NCBI GenBank assembly: GCA_965116665.1
Contig: OZ220709.1
Location: 2,516,062-2,580,061, forward strand
Source: Acidimicrobiales bacterium
GTDB lineage: Bacteria > Actinomycetota > Acidimicrobiia > Acidimicrobiales > Aldehydirespiratoraceae
Direction of reading: 5' to 3'
Length of the DNA: 64,000 bases
The stretch's first letter is position 1. Each line of letters begins with the position of its first letter. A program made the translations under genes and the position numbers. The notes beneath the pieces are model-generated. The model saw nothing but the letters and a program-made list of their open reading frames with translations, was not told the DNA's origin and searched no databases. This document shows positions 55,737 through 64,000 of the stretch, piece by piece.

Positions 55737-56252
55737 ATGACCACCCTTCTCGACCCCACCTCTGAACAGACACCGGCGGCCCGGGAGCGGGCCACCCGTC
55801 CCGAGTCCCTGGCCGGTCTGACCGTCGGCCTGCTCGACATCTCCAAGCCCCGGGGCAATGTGTTCCTCGACCGGGTCTCGGAGCGGCTCGTCACCCTCGG
55901 CGCCACCGTCAACCGTTACACCAAGCCGACCTTCACCAAGCCGGCGCCGGTGGATCTGCGCCACGAGATCGCCACCGAGTGCGACGCGGTGATCGAGGCG
56001 CTGGCCGATTGAGGCTCCTGCGTGTCGTGCAGTGTGCACGACATCAGCGACATCGAGCGGCGCGGCCTGCCCGGCGTGTTCGTGTCCACGGTCCACTTCG
56101 CCGCCGCGGTGGCCGCCCAGTCGGAGTCGCTCGGCTTCGACGCAGCGTCTGTGCTCACCCGCCACCCCATCCAGGACCGCACCGACGACGAGATGACCGA
56201 GATCGCCGACGCCGCCTTCGACGACCTGGTCAAGGCCCTGGTAGGCCCCTAG
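55737..56252 (+). CDS. UGSC-motif protein, candidate selenoprotein. In-frame TGA at 56010-56012 (U-G-S-C)
   Basis: ATG follows AAGGAGG. The sequence ...AVIEALAD-TGA-GSCVSCSVHD continues in the same frame into track ORF 56022..56252. Confidence 0.65.
56022..56044 (+). promoter_or_regulatory. SECIS-like hairpin downstream of the TGA at 56010
   Basis: UGUCGUGCA-GUG-UGCACGACA, a 9-bp perfect stem plus a closing G-U. It starts 10 nt after the TGA. Confidence 0.5.
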
Positions 56253-56387
56253 CATGGAAGCCCTCTATTGCCGAATGGAGCCCTGAACTAGTCGTTTACC
56301 CAAACCGTTGTGACGGGCGGGGGAGACGGGTTAGGATCGTTTCCGTCGGCTAGCCCGACGCGAGGGACCCAGAGCGGGGTTCCCCTG

Positions 56388-56426
56388 GTCCCCTTCCAGA
56401 ACCGCCCTAGTCCCCTTCCAGAACCG
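56388..56426 (+). repeat. Two copies of the 17-mer GTCCCCTTCCAGAACCG at a 22-nt period
   Basis: Read directly, at 56388-56404 and 56410-56426. It lies at the inner edge of the accessory island. Confidence 0.8.
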
Positions 56427-56623
56427 ATGGGGAGCTTCGCTCCGGGCCTTACTTTCCACCGTACACTACGCCGCCGCGCGACTGGTTGCCACCTCGGTTG
56501 CAAGGTTCAGCCGGCTCGCACGCTGGTGACGGTGGCAGAGTCAGGGGCCTGCGTCCAGACCCGTTCCACGGCGGCGGCTCGGCGGTCCATCGCCGCGAAC
56601 AGCGCGTCCATGTCGGCCGTGGG

Positions 56624-56857
56624 CTATGTGGATGTGTCGGGGCCGTAACGGGCCGCTGGGGCGCCCATCTCGTTGTCGGCCGCGGCCCAGGTGTCGTCGT
56701 CGGCGCAGTAGACCGGCCCCGTGTCGGTTGTCAGTGGTCTGCCCTGCGGGTCAGAGCCCGACTCCGCTTGGCGCTCCTCGAAGGTGGGAGCGGTGGGGCC
56801 GCTGCAAGCGACGACGGCGATGCAGGCCACCACGACAACGGCGAGCAGGCAGAGCAT
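56624..56857 (-). CDS. Possible small lipoprotein
   Basis: MLCLLAVVVVACIAVVACSG signal/lipobox. The start is uncertain (the track ORF extends to 56983). Confidence 0.35.
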   Translation of the reverse strand: MLCLLAVVVVACIAVVACSGPTAPTFEERQAESGSDPQGRPLTTDTGPVYCADDDTWAAADNEMGAPAARYGPDTST

Positions 56858-57231
56858 GAGCCCGAGCCTGAACGCCCTGGATGCGAAGACGTCCAATCCG
56901 GCCTCGACCTTAGTGGCGGTCAGCTTGCGGACTCCGCAGTTGGGGGGCAGGTCTTGGCGTTGGCAGCGACGGGCTGGCCGCACTCGCGGCAGTCTTTGAC
57001 GGGGTCCCCCTCATTGGCGCTACCGCGTGGCTCTGGCGCGAGACGCATCCCGAGACAATCGATCTCGCGCCGAGTCACAACTTGTCACACCTAGCACCTA
57101 GCGTTATCGCTGGGTCGGCGTTCCCCGCTCTCGAACTGCCCAAGATCTACGACAAGGCAGGAGGCGGAGCATGGCCCAGTGCAGTGATTGGGTTGCGTAG
57201 GCTCCCTTTGGGACGCAGCGAAGGAGGAGGC

Positions 57232-58281
57232 GTGGTAGCGGAGAAGGCTGGACACGGCGGAAGGTGGTCGCTGTTTCGGGGCGACGCTCTCGACGCTTAC
57301 GCCCAGTGGCCCGCACCCGCTGCCATTATCTCCGATGGCGCCTATGGCGTTGGCGGGTTTCCCGGCGATCCCCGCACCGCTGATGGGTTGGCCGAGTGGT
57401 ACGAGCCTCATATCGAGTCTTGGGCGAAGCATGCGCGACCGTCCTCAACCCTGTGGTTCTGGAACACCGAACTGGGCTGGGCGACGGTGCACCCTGTTCT
57501 GATCCGCCACGGGTGGGAATACGTGCAGACCATCGTCTGGGACAAGGGCGTAGCACACATTGCCGGGAACGTGAACGGCGAGACAATCAGGCGATTTCCG
57601 GTCGTGACGGAGGTTTGCGTGTTCTACCGGCGCCGCCTGGAGTTCCCGACTCCCGACGGAGTGATGCCGGCCAAGCAGTGGCTGCGCTACGAGTGGCAGC
57701 GCGCCGGCCTACGACTGCAGGCCGCCAACGAGGCTTGTGGGGTGGCGAACGCGGCCACGCGCAAGTATCTGACGCAGGACTGGCTGTGGTACTTTCCTCC
57801 ACCCGAGATGATGCGCCGCCTCGTGCTCTACGCCAACCAGCACGGCCGACCGGACGGTGCCCCGTACTATTCGCTGGACGGCAGGGCGCCAGTCAGCGCT
57901 GAGGAGTGGGACTCGCTGCGGTACGTGTGGAGCCATACCCACGGGATCACCAATGTGTGGGCGGCGCCCCCCCTCAACGGAAATGAGCGCTACAAGGGCA
58001 ACCGAGTCCGATCAGCGCCGCGGGTGTATCGACCGGGCCGCAACGCTGCCGTTCATCTCAACCAGAAGCCGCTGGAGTTCATGCGCCGGATCATCACGGC
58101 CGCGACCCGTCCCGGCGACATCGTGTGGGAGCCCTTCGGCGGGCTGTGCAGCGGCATCGTCGCCGCAACGAAGTCCGGGCGCGATGGATATGCAGCCGAA
58201 CTGGTTGAGCACTTCGCGGACCTAGCCGTCGAGAGACTCCAGAGCGTGGCCGGCGTTTCACAGGCTGAGATCGCGACGTGA
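57232..58281 (+). CDS. DNA methyltransferase (N4/N6, beta-class motif order)
   Basis: Motif I near the C-terminus (DIVWEPFGGLCSG) preceded by NQKPLEFMRRII. At the motif IV position the sequence is AIISDGAYG instead of (D/S)PPY. GTG at 57232 follows AAGGAGGAGG (the track ORF starts at 57082). Confidence 0.75.
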   Translation: MVAEKAGHGGRWSLFRGDALDAYAQWPAPAAIISDGAYGVGGFPGDPRTADGLAEWYEPHIESWAKHARPSSTLWFWNTELGWATVHPVLIRHGWEYVQTIVWDKGVAHIAGNVNGETIRRFPVVTEVCVFYRRRLEFPTPDGVMPAKQWLRYEWQRAGLRLQAANEACGVANAATRKYLTQDWLWYFPPPEMMRRLVLYANQHGRPDGAPYYSLDGRAPVSAEEWDSLRYVWSHTHGITNVWAAPPLNGNERYKGNRVRSAPRVYRPGRNAAVHLNQKPLEFMRRIITAATRPGDIVWEPFGGLCSGIVAATKSGRDGYAAELVEHFADLAVERLQSVAGVSQAEIAT

Positions 58282-59057
58282 CCGCGCCGCCCCCAGAGCC
58301 AGTTGCTCCCACGCTGGATCAGACAGACCCCCGCACCCTGCTTGTGGGCCGTGTGAAGGAAGCGCTCATGGCTCTTCCGGGCTACTTCAACTCGACCACG
58401 AACATCGAGGGAATCGACGCCAGCGACCTGTTCGCTCTAAACACGATGCTCGGGACCACGATCGAGGTACAGGTAGTCAACACCCTGAACCGGATACGGG
58501 ATGTCTGGGATCCAGACGATGAGTGGCCGCTGTACCGGTTCGACCGCCAGGCTCAGACCTTCCCCGATGTCCTCTTACGACGGCAACTCGACTCCGGAGA
58601 CTTCGATGTGGCACTGGGGATCGAACTCAAGGGATGGTACGTGCTTTCCAAGGAAGCAGAACCCAGCTTCAGGTATTCGGTCACGCCAGCGGCCTGTACA
58701 GACTGGGATCTGCTGGCAGTCGTGCCTTGGCATCTGTCCAACGTGCTGTCCGGAATCCCACGAGTGGACTCGCCTGGCCTCTGGTCGGCGAGACACGCGG
58801 CCGAGCATCGCAACTACTGGTGGCAGCACATCCGCGACACCGAGGCCGACCGGTCCATCGTCTCGCCGGAGATCGAGGAGCCGTACCGGCAGCGCAGCAA
58901 TACATCCGACCGACCGGCCTACGACGGAGGGGGCAATTTCGGCCGGATCGCTCGAATCGGCATCATGAACGACTGGACCACGGAGATCCTCAACCGGCGT
59001 CTCGCTGGAATCCCGGCTCGCGGCTGGATCGAATTCCTCAAGAGCCAAGCCTCTTAG
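58278..59057 (+). CDS. Candidate restriction endonuclease (PD-(D/E)xK-like)
   Basis: FPDVLL...DVALGIELKGW fits PD...ExK. The GTG overlaps the methyltransferase stop (GTGA). Confidence 0.45.
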   Translation: MTAPPPEPVAPTLDQTDPRTLLVGRVKEALMALPGYFNSTTNIEGIDASDLFALNTMLGTTIEVQVVNTLNRIRDVWDPDDEWPLYRFDRQAQTFPDVLLRRQLDSGDFDVALGIELKGWYVLSKEAEPSFRYSVTPAACTDWDLLAVVPWHLSNVLSGIPRVDSPGLWSARHAAEHRNYWWQHIRDTEADRSIVSPEIEEPYRQRSNTSDRPAYDGGGNFGRIARIGIMNDWTTEILNRRLAGIPARGWIEFLKSQAS

Positions 59058-59126
59058 CTTCGCCACGCCGAACGCTCACTAGGCAAGCCGCCGGATGCTT
59101 TCGAAGTAGAGGTGACGGTGAAGTAG

Positions 59127-59465
59127 GTGCCTGATTTGAGTCCGCGTGTTGTGGGTCTGATCCCCCAAGGATGGGAGGATGACCACAATGAAGCGGAGAC
59201 GGCATACTTGGAGCAGGCGGTTCGCAGGGTCCGCGAGGGTGAGCGGATGCTGGGCGCCGGCAGCGACCTCACCGAGGTTCTGCGGCACTTGGAGATCACC
59301 GAGTCGACTTGGCACCGACGGCGGCGCGCCTATGCGGGTATGAGCGCCAGCGACGCGAAAAGGCTCAAGGAGCTGGAGGCTGAGAACGCCCGGTTGAAGA
59401 AGCTGTCGGCGGAGGCGGAGCTGGACAAGGCGATGCTCAAGGAACTGGCCGAGGGAAAATCGTGA
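59127..59465 (+). CDS. IS3-family transposase OrfA (start uncertain)
   Basis: SDAKRLKELEAENARLKKL..AEAELDKAMLKE leucine-zipper region and an HTH (LEITESTWHRRR). Confidence 0.7.
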   Translation: MPDLSPRVVGLIPQGWEDDHNEAETAYLEQAVRRVREGERMLGAGSDLTEVLRHLEITESTWHRRRRAYAGMSASDAKRLKELEAENARLKKLSAEAELDKAMLKELAEGKS

Positions 59466-60143
59466 CCCCGGACCGCCGCCGCATAGCCGTTGAGCGGCTC
59501 CAGGTGCGGTTCGGGGTGTCGCAGCGGCGGGCGTGCCGGGTGGTGGGCCAGCACCGCTCGACCCAGCGCCGGCCCAAAGCGCCGATGACAGCGGCCGAGC
59601 AACAGCTGCGCGAGCATCTGCGGGACTTCGCGCGGTGCCATCCCCGCCTGGGGTGGCGCAAGGCGCATGCGGTGGCTCACCGCGAGGGCCTGGTCACCCC
59701 AAGCGCACCCGGCGACTGTGGCGCGATGAGGGCCTTCAGCGGCCTCCCCAGCGACGAGCCAAGCGCCGACGCCTCACCGATGGCACCGCGCCGCGACTGC
59801 GGGCCAGTGGCCCCAACGACGTGTGGGCGTTGGACTTCCAGTTCGACGAGACCGCTGATCTGCGCCGCATCAAGCTGCTGAATGTCGTCGACGAGTTCAC
59901 CCGCGAGGCACTGGCCATCGACGCCGCCCACCGCATCGACTCAGACGGCGTAGTCGCCACCGTCGAGCGTCTCGTCGCCTCAAGGGGTGCGCCGGCGCAC
60001 CTTCGCATGGACAACGGCCCCGAGCTCACCGCAGCCGCGCTGCGGGACTGGTGCCGCATCTGGGCCGCCCACACCGCCTACATCGAGCCCGGATCCCCCT
60101 AGGAGACCCCCTTCGTGGAGTCCTTCAACAGACGCCTACGCGA
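59462..60143 (+). pseudogene. IS3-family transposase OrfB, disrupted (further fragments at 61490-61588 and 62981-63048)
   Basis: Frameshift near 59695 (track ORFs 59462.. and 59533.. are in different frames). TAG at 60100 falls where W is expected (PGSP*ETPFVESFN). It is then split by IS110 and ISL3. After removing the insertions the C-terminus reads ECLNIEDF...YNNYRPHQSLSGLTPAAYA. Confidence 0.8.
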
Positions 60144-60195
60144 AACACAGGGCACACCAGACCCTCCAGGAATACCAGGGTGCCTCTGTGTGTTG

Positions 60196-61251
60196 TCAAG
60201 CGGCTCGGTGAGCGAGGGTGTCGGGGCAGGCGGATTGTTGTTCGTCGGCGAGCATGACCCACCAGACGCGGCCGGCGATCTTGCGTTTGAGGCAGCGCAT
60301 GGCCTCTTTGTGGGTCTTGCCCTGGTCGATCTTGCGGTCGTAGTAGCGGCGGCCCTCGCTGTTGGGCATGCGGACCTGGGTCACCGCTACGAGGTGCAGC
60401 GCTGAGTTGAGTTTGCGGTCGCCGCTGCGTGAGAGCCGGTGCCGGATCCGTTCGCCGCTGGAGGCCTCCACCGGGGCGGTGCCGGCGTAGCTGGCGAACG
60501 CTTCCGCTGTCGGGAACCGCGAGGCCCGGCCACAGCGGCCGATGAGCCGAGCCGCCAGGACCGGGCCCACGCCGTCGATGTCCACCAGCCCGCTGGGGCG
60601 GGCCTCGAGCGCCTCGACCATGCGCTTCGTGATCGACTCCAGCGACGTGTCCAGGGCCCGGATCTCGCGCACCAGGTCCCACGCCAGCTGCTTGCGGGCG
60701 CGCTGCACCGTGGTGGCTGGGCGCATCCTGCGCAGCAGTGCCGCCGCACCGGCGGCTGTGAGCGCGGTGGGCGCCCCGCCGGCCACCAGATCCCGCAGCA
60801 GCGCATGGAGCTGGTTGACCGAGCGCACGCGCTGAGCCGTCAGACTCCCGCGACGCTCCTCCAACAGCGCGAACACCACGGTGTCATCATCAACACCTAC
60901 GGGGGCCGCGTCGCCCTGCAGCGCGGCCACGCTCGCCGCGGCCGACGCGTCGATCACGTCGTTCTTGCGGCGACCGCCCCTCGACAGCTCACGCACCCGT
61001 GCCGTCGCCGCAGTCGAGACGTCCAGCACAACCTCGCCGTGTGCGACCAGCCACTGCGCCAGATGACAACCCAGGCCCTTGGCGTTCTCCACCGCCCAGC
61101 GCCGCTGATCGAACTGCTCGGCCCAGCCCAGCAGCCGCCGATAGCCCGCTGCGCCGGCAGCGACCCGAATCGACGCCACCGCTGTGTTGGTGGCCGCATC
61201 CACCGCCGTGGCGGTGTGGGACGACTTGTGGGGATCCACTCCGATGATCAT
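60196..61251 (-). CDS. IS110-family transposase (DEDD)
   Basis: MIIGVDPHKSSHTA N-terminus, ...NDVIDA..., and a C-terminal ...Y.G..P...SSG...HRLSR.G.R.LN.AL. Confidence 0.9.
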   Translation of the reverse strand: MIIGVDPHKSSHTATAVDAATNTAVASIRVAAGAAGYRRLLGWAEQFDQRRWAVENAKGLGCHLAQWLVAHGEVVLDVSTAATARVRELSRGGRRKNDVIDASAAASVAALQGDAAPVGVDDDTVVFALLEERRGSLTAQRVRSVNQLHALLRDLVAGGAPTALTAAGAAALLRRMRPATTVQRARKQLAWDLVREIRALDTSLESITKRMVEALEARPSGLVDIDGVGPVLAARLIGRCGRASRFPTAEAFASYAGTAPVEASSGERIRHRLSRSGDRKLNSALHLVAVTQVRMPNSEGRRYYDRKIDQGKTHKEAMRCLKRKIAGRVWWVMLADEQQSACPDTLAHRAA

Positions 61252-61489
61252 GACTCAGTCCTTGACTCGACAGCAGTTGCAAACCACGGCCAGCACGCCG
61301 ACTTTGAGACCCACCACGGGATCACGCCTCTGTTGGCCAGACCACAGCCGGCCGTCAACCGGGTCGCACACCCTGGCAGAGCCAACCGAAGCGGCAGGCG
61401 GTTCACGAGCCAACCCGGTCAACGACCTACCGGACGCTACGACCTCTCAGCCACACCGACCGGATGCTCACATACAAGTCGGCGGTTCA
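61252..61489 (-). ncRNA. Non-coding left end of IS110 (candidate bridge/guide RNA region)
   Basis: ~238 nt between the element end and the transposase ATG, with no convincing ORF. Assigned only by analogy to published IS110 bridge RNAs. Confidence 0.3.
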
Positions 61490-61588
61490 GAGTGCCTCAA
61501 CATCGAGGACTTCGCCAACATCACCGAAGCCAAAGTGATCCTCAAGGACCGGCGAACTGAGTACAACAACTACCGGCCCCACCAATCT

Positions 61589-62980
61589 GGCTCTCCGCGT
61601 TTCAGGTCGGAGTGCCGGTGTCGAGCAGTGTCCAGTTGGGTCTGCCGGCGTAGAGCAGGGCGCGGATGCGGTAGTTGGCGAAGTTGGTGAACCGAACGCG
61701 GCGCGTTTGACGCGTTTGATGAGGTTGTTGGCGGCCTCGGCAGCGGCGTTGGTGACTCGGGCGGTGTGCCAGTTGGAGATCTGGTGTCTCCAGCGCTCGA
61801 TGGTGCGGCCGAGCCGGTTGACCTCAGGCGGCATGCCGGGGTCCTGGAGGTCTGAGGCGAGCTGTTCTACGGTGGCTGCGCCCACTTCGGTGTCGTCTAT
61901 GTCATAGATCGAGCGGAGGGTCTCTTTGGCGTGCCAGGCGTCGCGGACCTCGCCGTAGGAGTCGCCGGCGTCGAGCAGGCCCCGCAGCCGGACCCGTCCG
62001 GCGTCGGTGATCTTCTCAGACGCCGACACCAGCAGCTTGCGGGCCCGATACAGCGGGTCGTGCTTGCGGCCGCGGTGCCCGAGGGTCTGCTGCTGCACTC
62101 TGCGGCGCGCCTCGTCGAGGGCGTCGTTGCCCAACCGCACGACGTGGAACGGGTCCGCGACCTGGCTGGCATCAGGCACTGCTGCGTCGAACGCTGAGCG
62201 GTAGGGGCCTGAGAGGTCCAGCACAGCCCAGCGGATGCCGGCGAGCCAGCGGCGGGGACGGCCAAGCAGCCACTGTGTGGGCCCATGGGCGGTGCGGCCT
62301 GGGACTATGTCCAGAAGCTGGCCTGCGCCGACGTCGACGATGCCGGTCGCCCAGGCCTTGGCCCGGAACCGGCCGCGGCGCCACATCAGGTGCTCGTCGA
62401 GGCCGAGCGCGGCGACATCTGAGATGCGCTCGGTGTCGGCTTCGAGCAGCGCAGAGCCCCAGCGCCGCACCGAGGCGTTCACCGGGTGCCAGCTGCACCC
62501 GAGCTCGTCGGCGACCTCCGCCACGGTGCGGCCCAGCCCGGCCTGGCGCGTCGCCCAGCGGCCCGCTCTTGTGGTCAGTCTCTCGCGCTCGGGCGCGATC
62601 TGCGGGTCCTGCTCAGTCACAGTCCCCGCATCGCCACCGCCGCTTGTGCCACACCAGCCGCACCGGCCGCCCGAACGCCGGCAGGTCCACCAGCTCCACC
62701 AAGCTGTCGCCGTCTGACCACAGCCGCCCGCCACAGCCCACGCAGCCCGACCTCGGCACCCGCAGCCGGACATGCACCCGCAGCGGCGCGCCCGCCTCGC
62801 CGCCGACACCGAGCACCTCCACATCGCCCAATCCCAACATCAACTCGCACACACGCGCAGGGTCAACCTCCACAGGGATCCCCCAGATCTCGGCTGTTGC
62901 GAAGCCCCGATTCTGGGGGATCCCTCGCGTTCAGCCGCGGACCCCTACCGCCCCCACTCCGACCTGAAACGCGAAGCGCC
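61589..62980 (-). mobile_element. ISL3-family insertion sequence with an 8-bp target duplication
   Basis: Inverted repeats GGCTCTCCGCGTTTCAGGTCGGAGTG (61589) and CACTCCGACCTGAAACGCGAAGCGCC (ends at 62980). Flanking direct repeats ACCAATCT (61581-61588) and ACCAATCC (62981-62988). Confidence 0.85.
61602..62873 (-). pseudogene. ISL3-family transposase, frameshifted
   Basis: The N-terminal zinc-finger part is in track ORF 62613..62873 and the body is in 61487..62824, a different frame. A further 1-nt deletion after ...IKRVKRAAFG loses the FTNFANYRIRALLYAG tail frame. Confidence 0.8.
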
Positions 62981-63096
62981 ACCAATCCCTCAGCGGGCTC
63001 ACCCCCGCCGCATACGCTTCCCACTGGAACCAACACCAACACCCATAGCACCCGGACTCACAAACGGGTCCCCCTAATAGTTCTTCGGGAGGCGGA

Positions 63097-63621
63097 ATGG
63101 CAGCACAGCTCTCGGGCACCAAGGGCCGCCGGTTCGACAGCGCTCGCAGCCTCAGCGTTATCTCCATACTGATCGCCGCTGGCGCGCTGGCCGGGTTCAC
63201 CCTCATGGCCTACGAAGACATCAAACCTACGCTCGTTGTGTCTTTTGACGTGTACGATGAGTCCGATACGCGCGACAGGGCCGAACGCATCTTCTTTCGT
63301 GCAACGGTCTCCAACACGGGCCGCAGGGCGGCCCGTGATGTTCAAATCAGAATCAACATAGCGAACATTTGTCAACAGACCTATCGACTAGGGTACATCC
63401 CTCCAGGGCACAGTGCTCTTCCTTATCCGCCGCACTGCGAATTCGAGATCCCCGATGCGCCGATCCTAGAAGAACACATGAACGAAGCAATGGAGCGTTT
63501 CGAATGGATGACGGTCGATGTCAAATATACTTGGGAGATATCCGCCTTCTCCATCACCTACGACATCAGCGAAACAATCACACCAGCCAACTATCACTCA
63601 GTCGATATGCGACTCCATTGA
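63097..63621 (+). CDS. Hypothetical membrane-anchored protein, visibly lower G+C
   Basis: ATG follows GGGAGG. One hydrophobic helix (VISILIAAGALAGFTLMA). Codon usage is unlike the rest of the window. Confidence 0.5.
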   Translation: MAAQLSGTKGRRFDSARSLSVISILIAAGALAGFTLMAYEDIKPTLVVSFDVYDESDTRDRAERIFFRATVSNTGRRAARDVQIRINIANICQQTYRLGYIPPGHSALPYPPHCEFEIPDAPILEEHMNEAMERFEWMTVDVKYTWEISAFSITYDISETITPANYHSVDMRLH

Positions 63622-63781
63622 ATCATTTCGATCTCTAAGCAGGCAACGCTCACGCCACCACCAGAGACATCCGCAAATGACGAGCGCACGCCTGACAGAT
63701 CGAGCGACGAGTCGGCTCTCGTGGCATCCGCCCCTGGTGCCTCGTCTGCGGGCGTTGAGGCTCAGTCCGGCACTTGGTCCC

Positions 63782-64000
63782 CTATGACCAGGCGGCGAGG
63801 GCCACTGCGGTGGTGCTGGCGTAGAGCACTCTGCGGTTGCTGGCCGCGCTCAGGAACATCCCGTTGGCCACCCGCGAGCCGGTGGCGACGCGGTCGATGA
63901 GGGCGCCGGTGGCGATGTCCACCACCACCAGATCATCCGAGGGTGGACCGCCGCCGTCCTCCGGCGTGAAGTCGTTGATGACCAGCTCACCGGAGTCGGG
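63782..64000 (-). CDS. 3' end of a hypothetical gene that continues beyond the window
   Basis: Open minus-strand frame from the window edge to TAG (63782-63784) with GC-rich third positions. It reads ...VVVDIATGALIDRVATGSRVANGMFLSAASNRRVLYASTTAVALAAWS*. Confidence 0.4.
   Translation of the reverse strand, partial: PDSGELVINDFTPEDGGGPPSDDLVVVDIATGALIDRVATGSRVANGMFLSAASNRRVLYASTTAVALAAWS

Larger units (their letters stand above)
60144..61489 (-). mobile_element. IS110-family insertion sequence (boundaries approximate, +/- a few nt)
   Basis: It interrupts OrfB between ...FNRRLRE and ECLNIEDF. It contains an intact 351-aa transposase. Confidence 0.75.
59137..63060 (+). mobile_element. Decayed IS3-family element (IS407-like OrfA) carrying two nested IS insertions
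   Basis: Terminal inverted repeats TGAGTCCGCGTGTTGTGGGT (59137) and ACCCATAGCACCCGGACTCA (ends at 63060), about 19 of 24 matching. OrfA and OrfB lie inside. Confidence 0.7.

Overview
High-G+C, densely coding chromosomal segment of actinobacterial type. Gene content and synteny that support this: pepA, E3/E2, lipB-lipA, Ku plus LigD-polymerase, gpgS next to a folP2-like gene, and a suf cluster whose SufB carries an intein. I recognised no rRNA, tRNA or CRISPR array.

Layout by coordinate:
- 0-5 kb: polysaccharide genes (two-domain GT2, flippase), a rhodanese-ThiF sulfur-transfer enzyme and a sirtuin.
- 7.7-17.7 kb (minus strand): pepA, LigD-pol, Ku, a membrane protein, an M24 peptidase, a fused LipB-LipA, E2 and E3.
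- 19.8-24.8 kb: aceE, an HhH-GPD protein, and two tandem thioredoxin-fold lipoprotein genes.
- 24.9-31.3 kb: PHO-box-like repeats, pstSCAB-phoU and a histidine kinase with no adjacent response regulator.
- 32.6-34.8 kb: a secreted SLH / PD40 / HExxH protein.
- 34.9-36.9 kb: a Phd/VapC cassette bracketed by 99-bp direct repeats.
- 38.2-40.7 kb: sufC-sufS-sufU. 40.8-41.2 kb: hicBA fused to the end of a UvrD/HRDC helicase operon.
- 47.5-53.1 kb: sufB(intein), a 4-Cys ORF, sufD, a Rieske protein and a second sufC.
- 54.2-56.3 kb: a thioredoxin-fusion gene followed by a UGSC-motif gene.
- 56.3-63.7 kb: an accessory island with a type II R-M pair and a decayed IS3-family element that carries nested IS110 and ISL3 insertions.

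Main results the ORF track does not show:
1. Three genes contain an in-frame TGA exactly at the first redox position of a U-x-x-C motif, each followed by a hairpin. They are candidate selenoproteins.
2. LipB-LipA is one fused ORF whose conserved N-terminus has no ATG/GTG/TTG start.
3. Two families of short intergenic repeats are present.
4. The mobile elements are nested, and one gene is partly duplicated around a toxin-antitoxin cassette.

Many long Arg/Gly/Pro-rich ORFs in the track are off-frame artefacts of the high G+C. The track also writes GTG/TTG starts as M.
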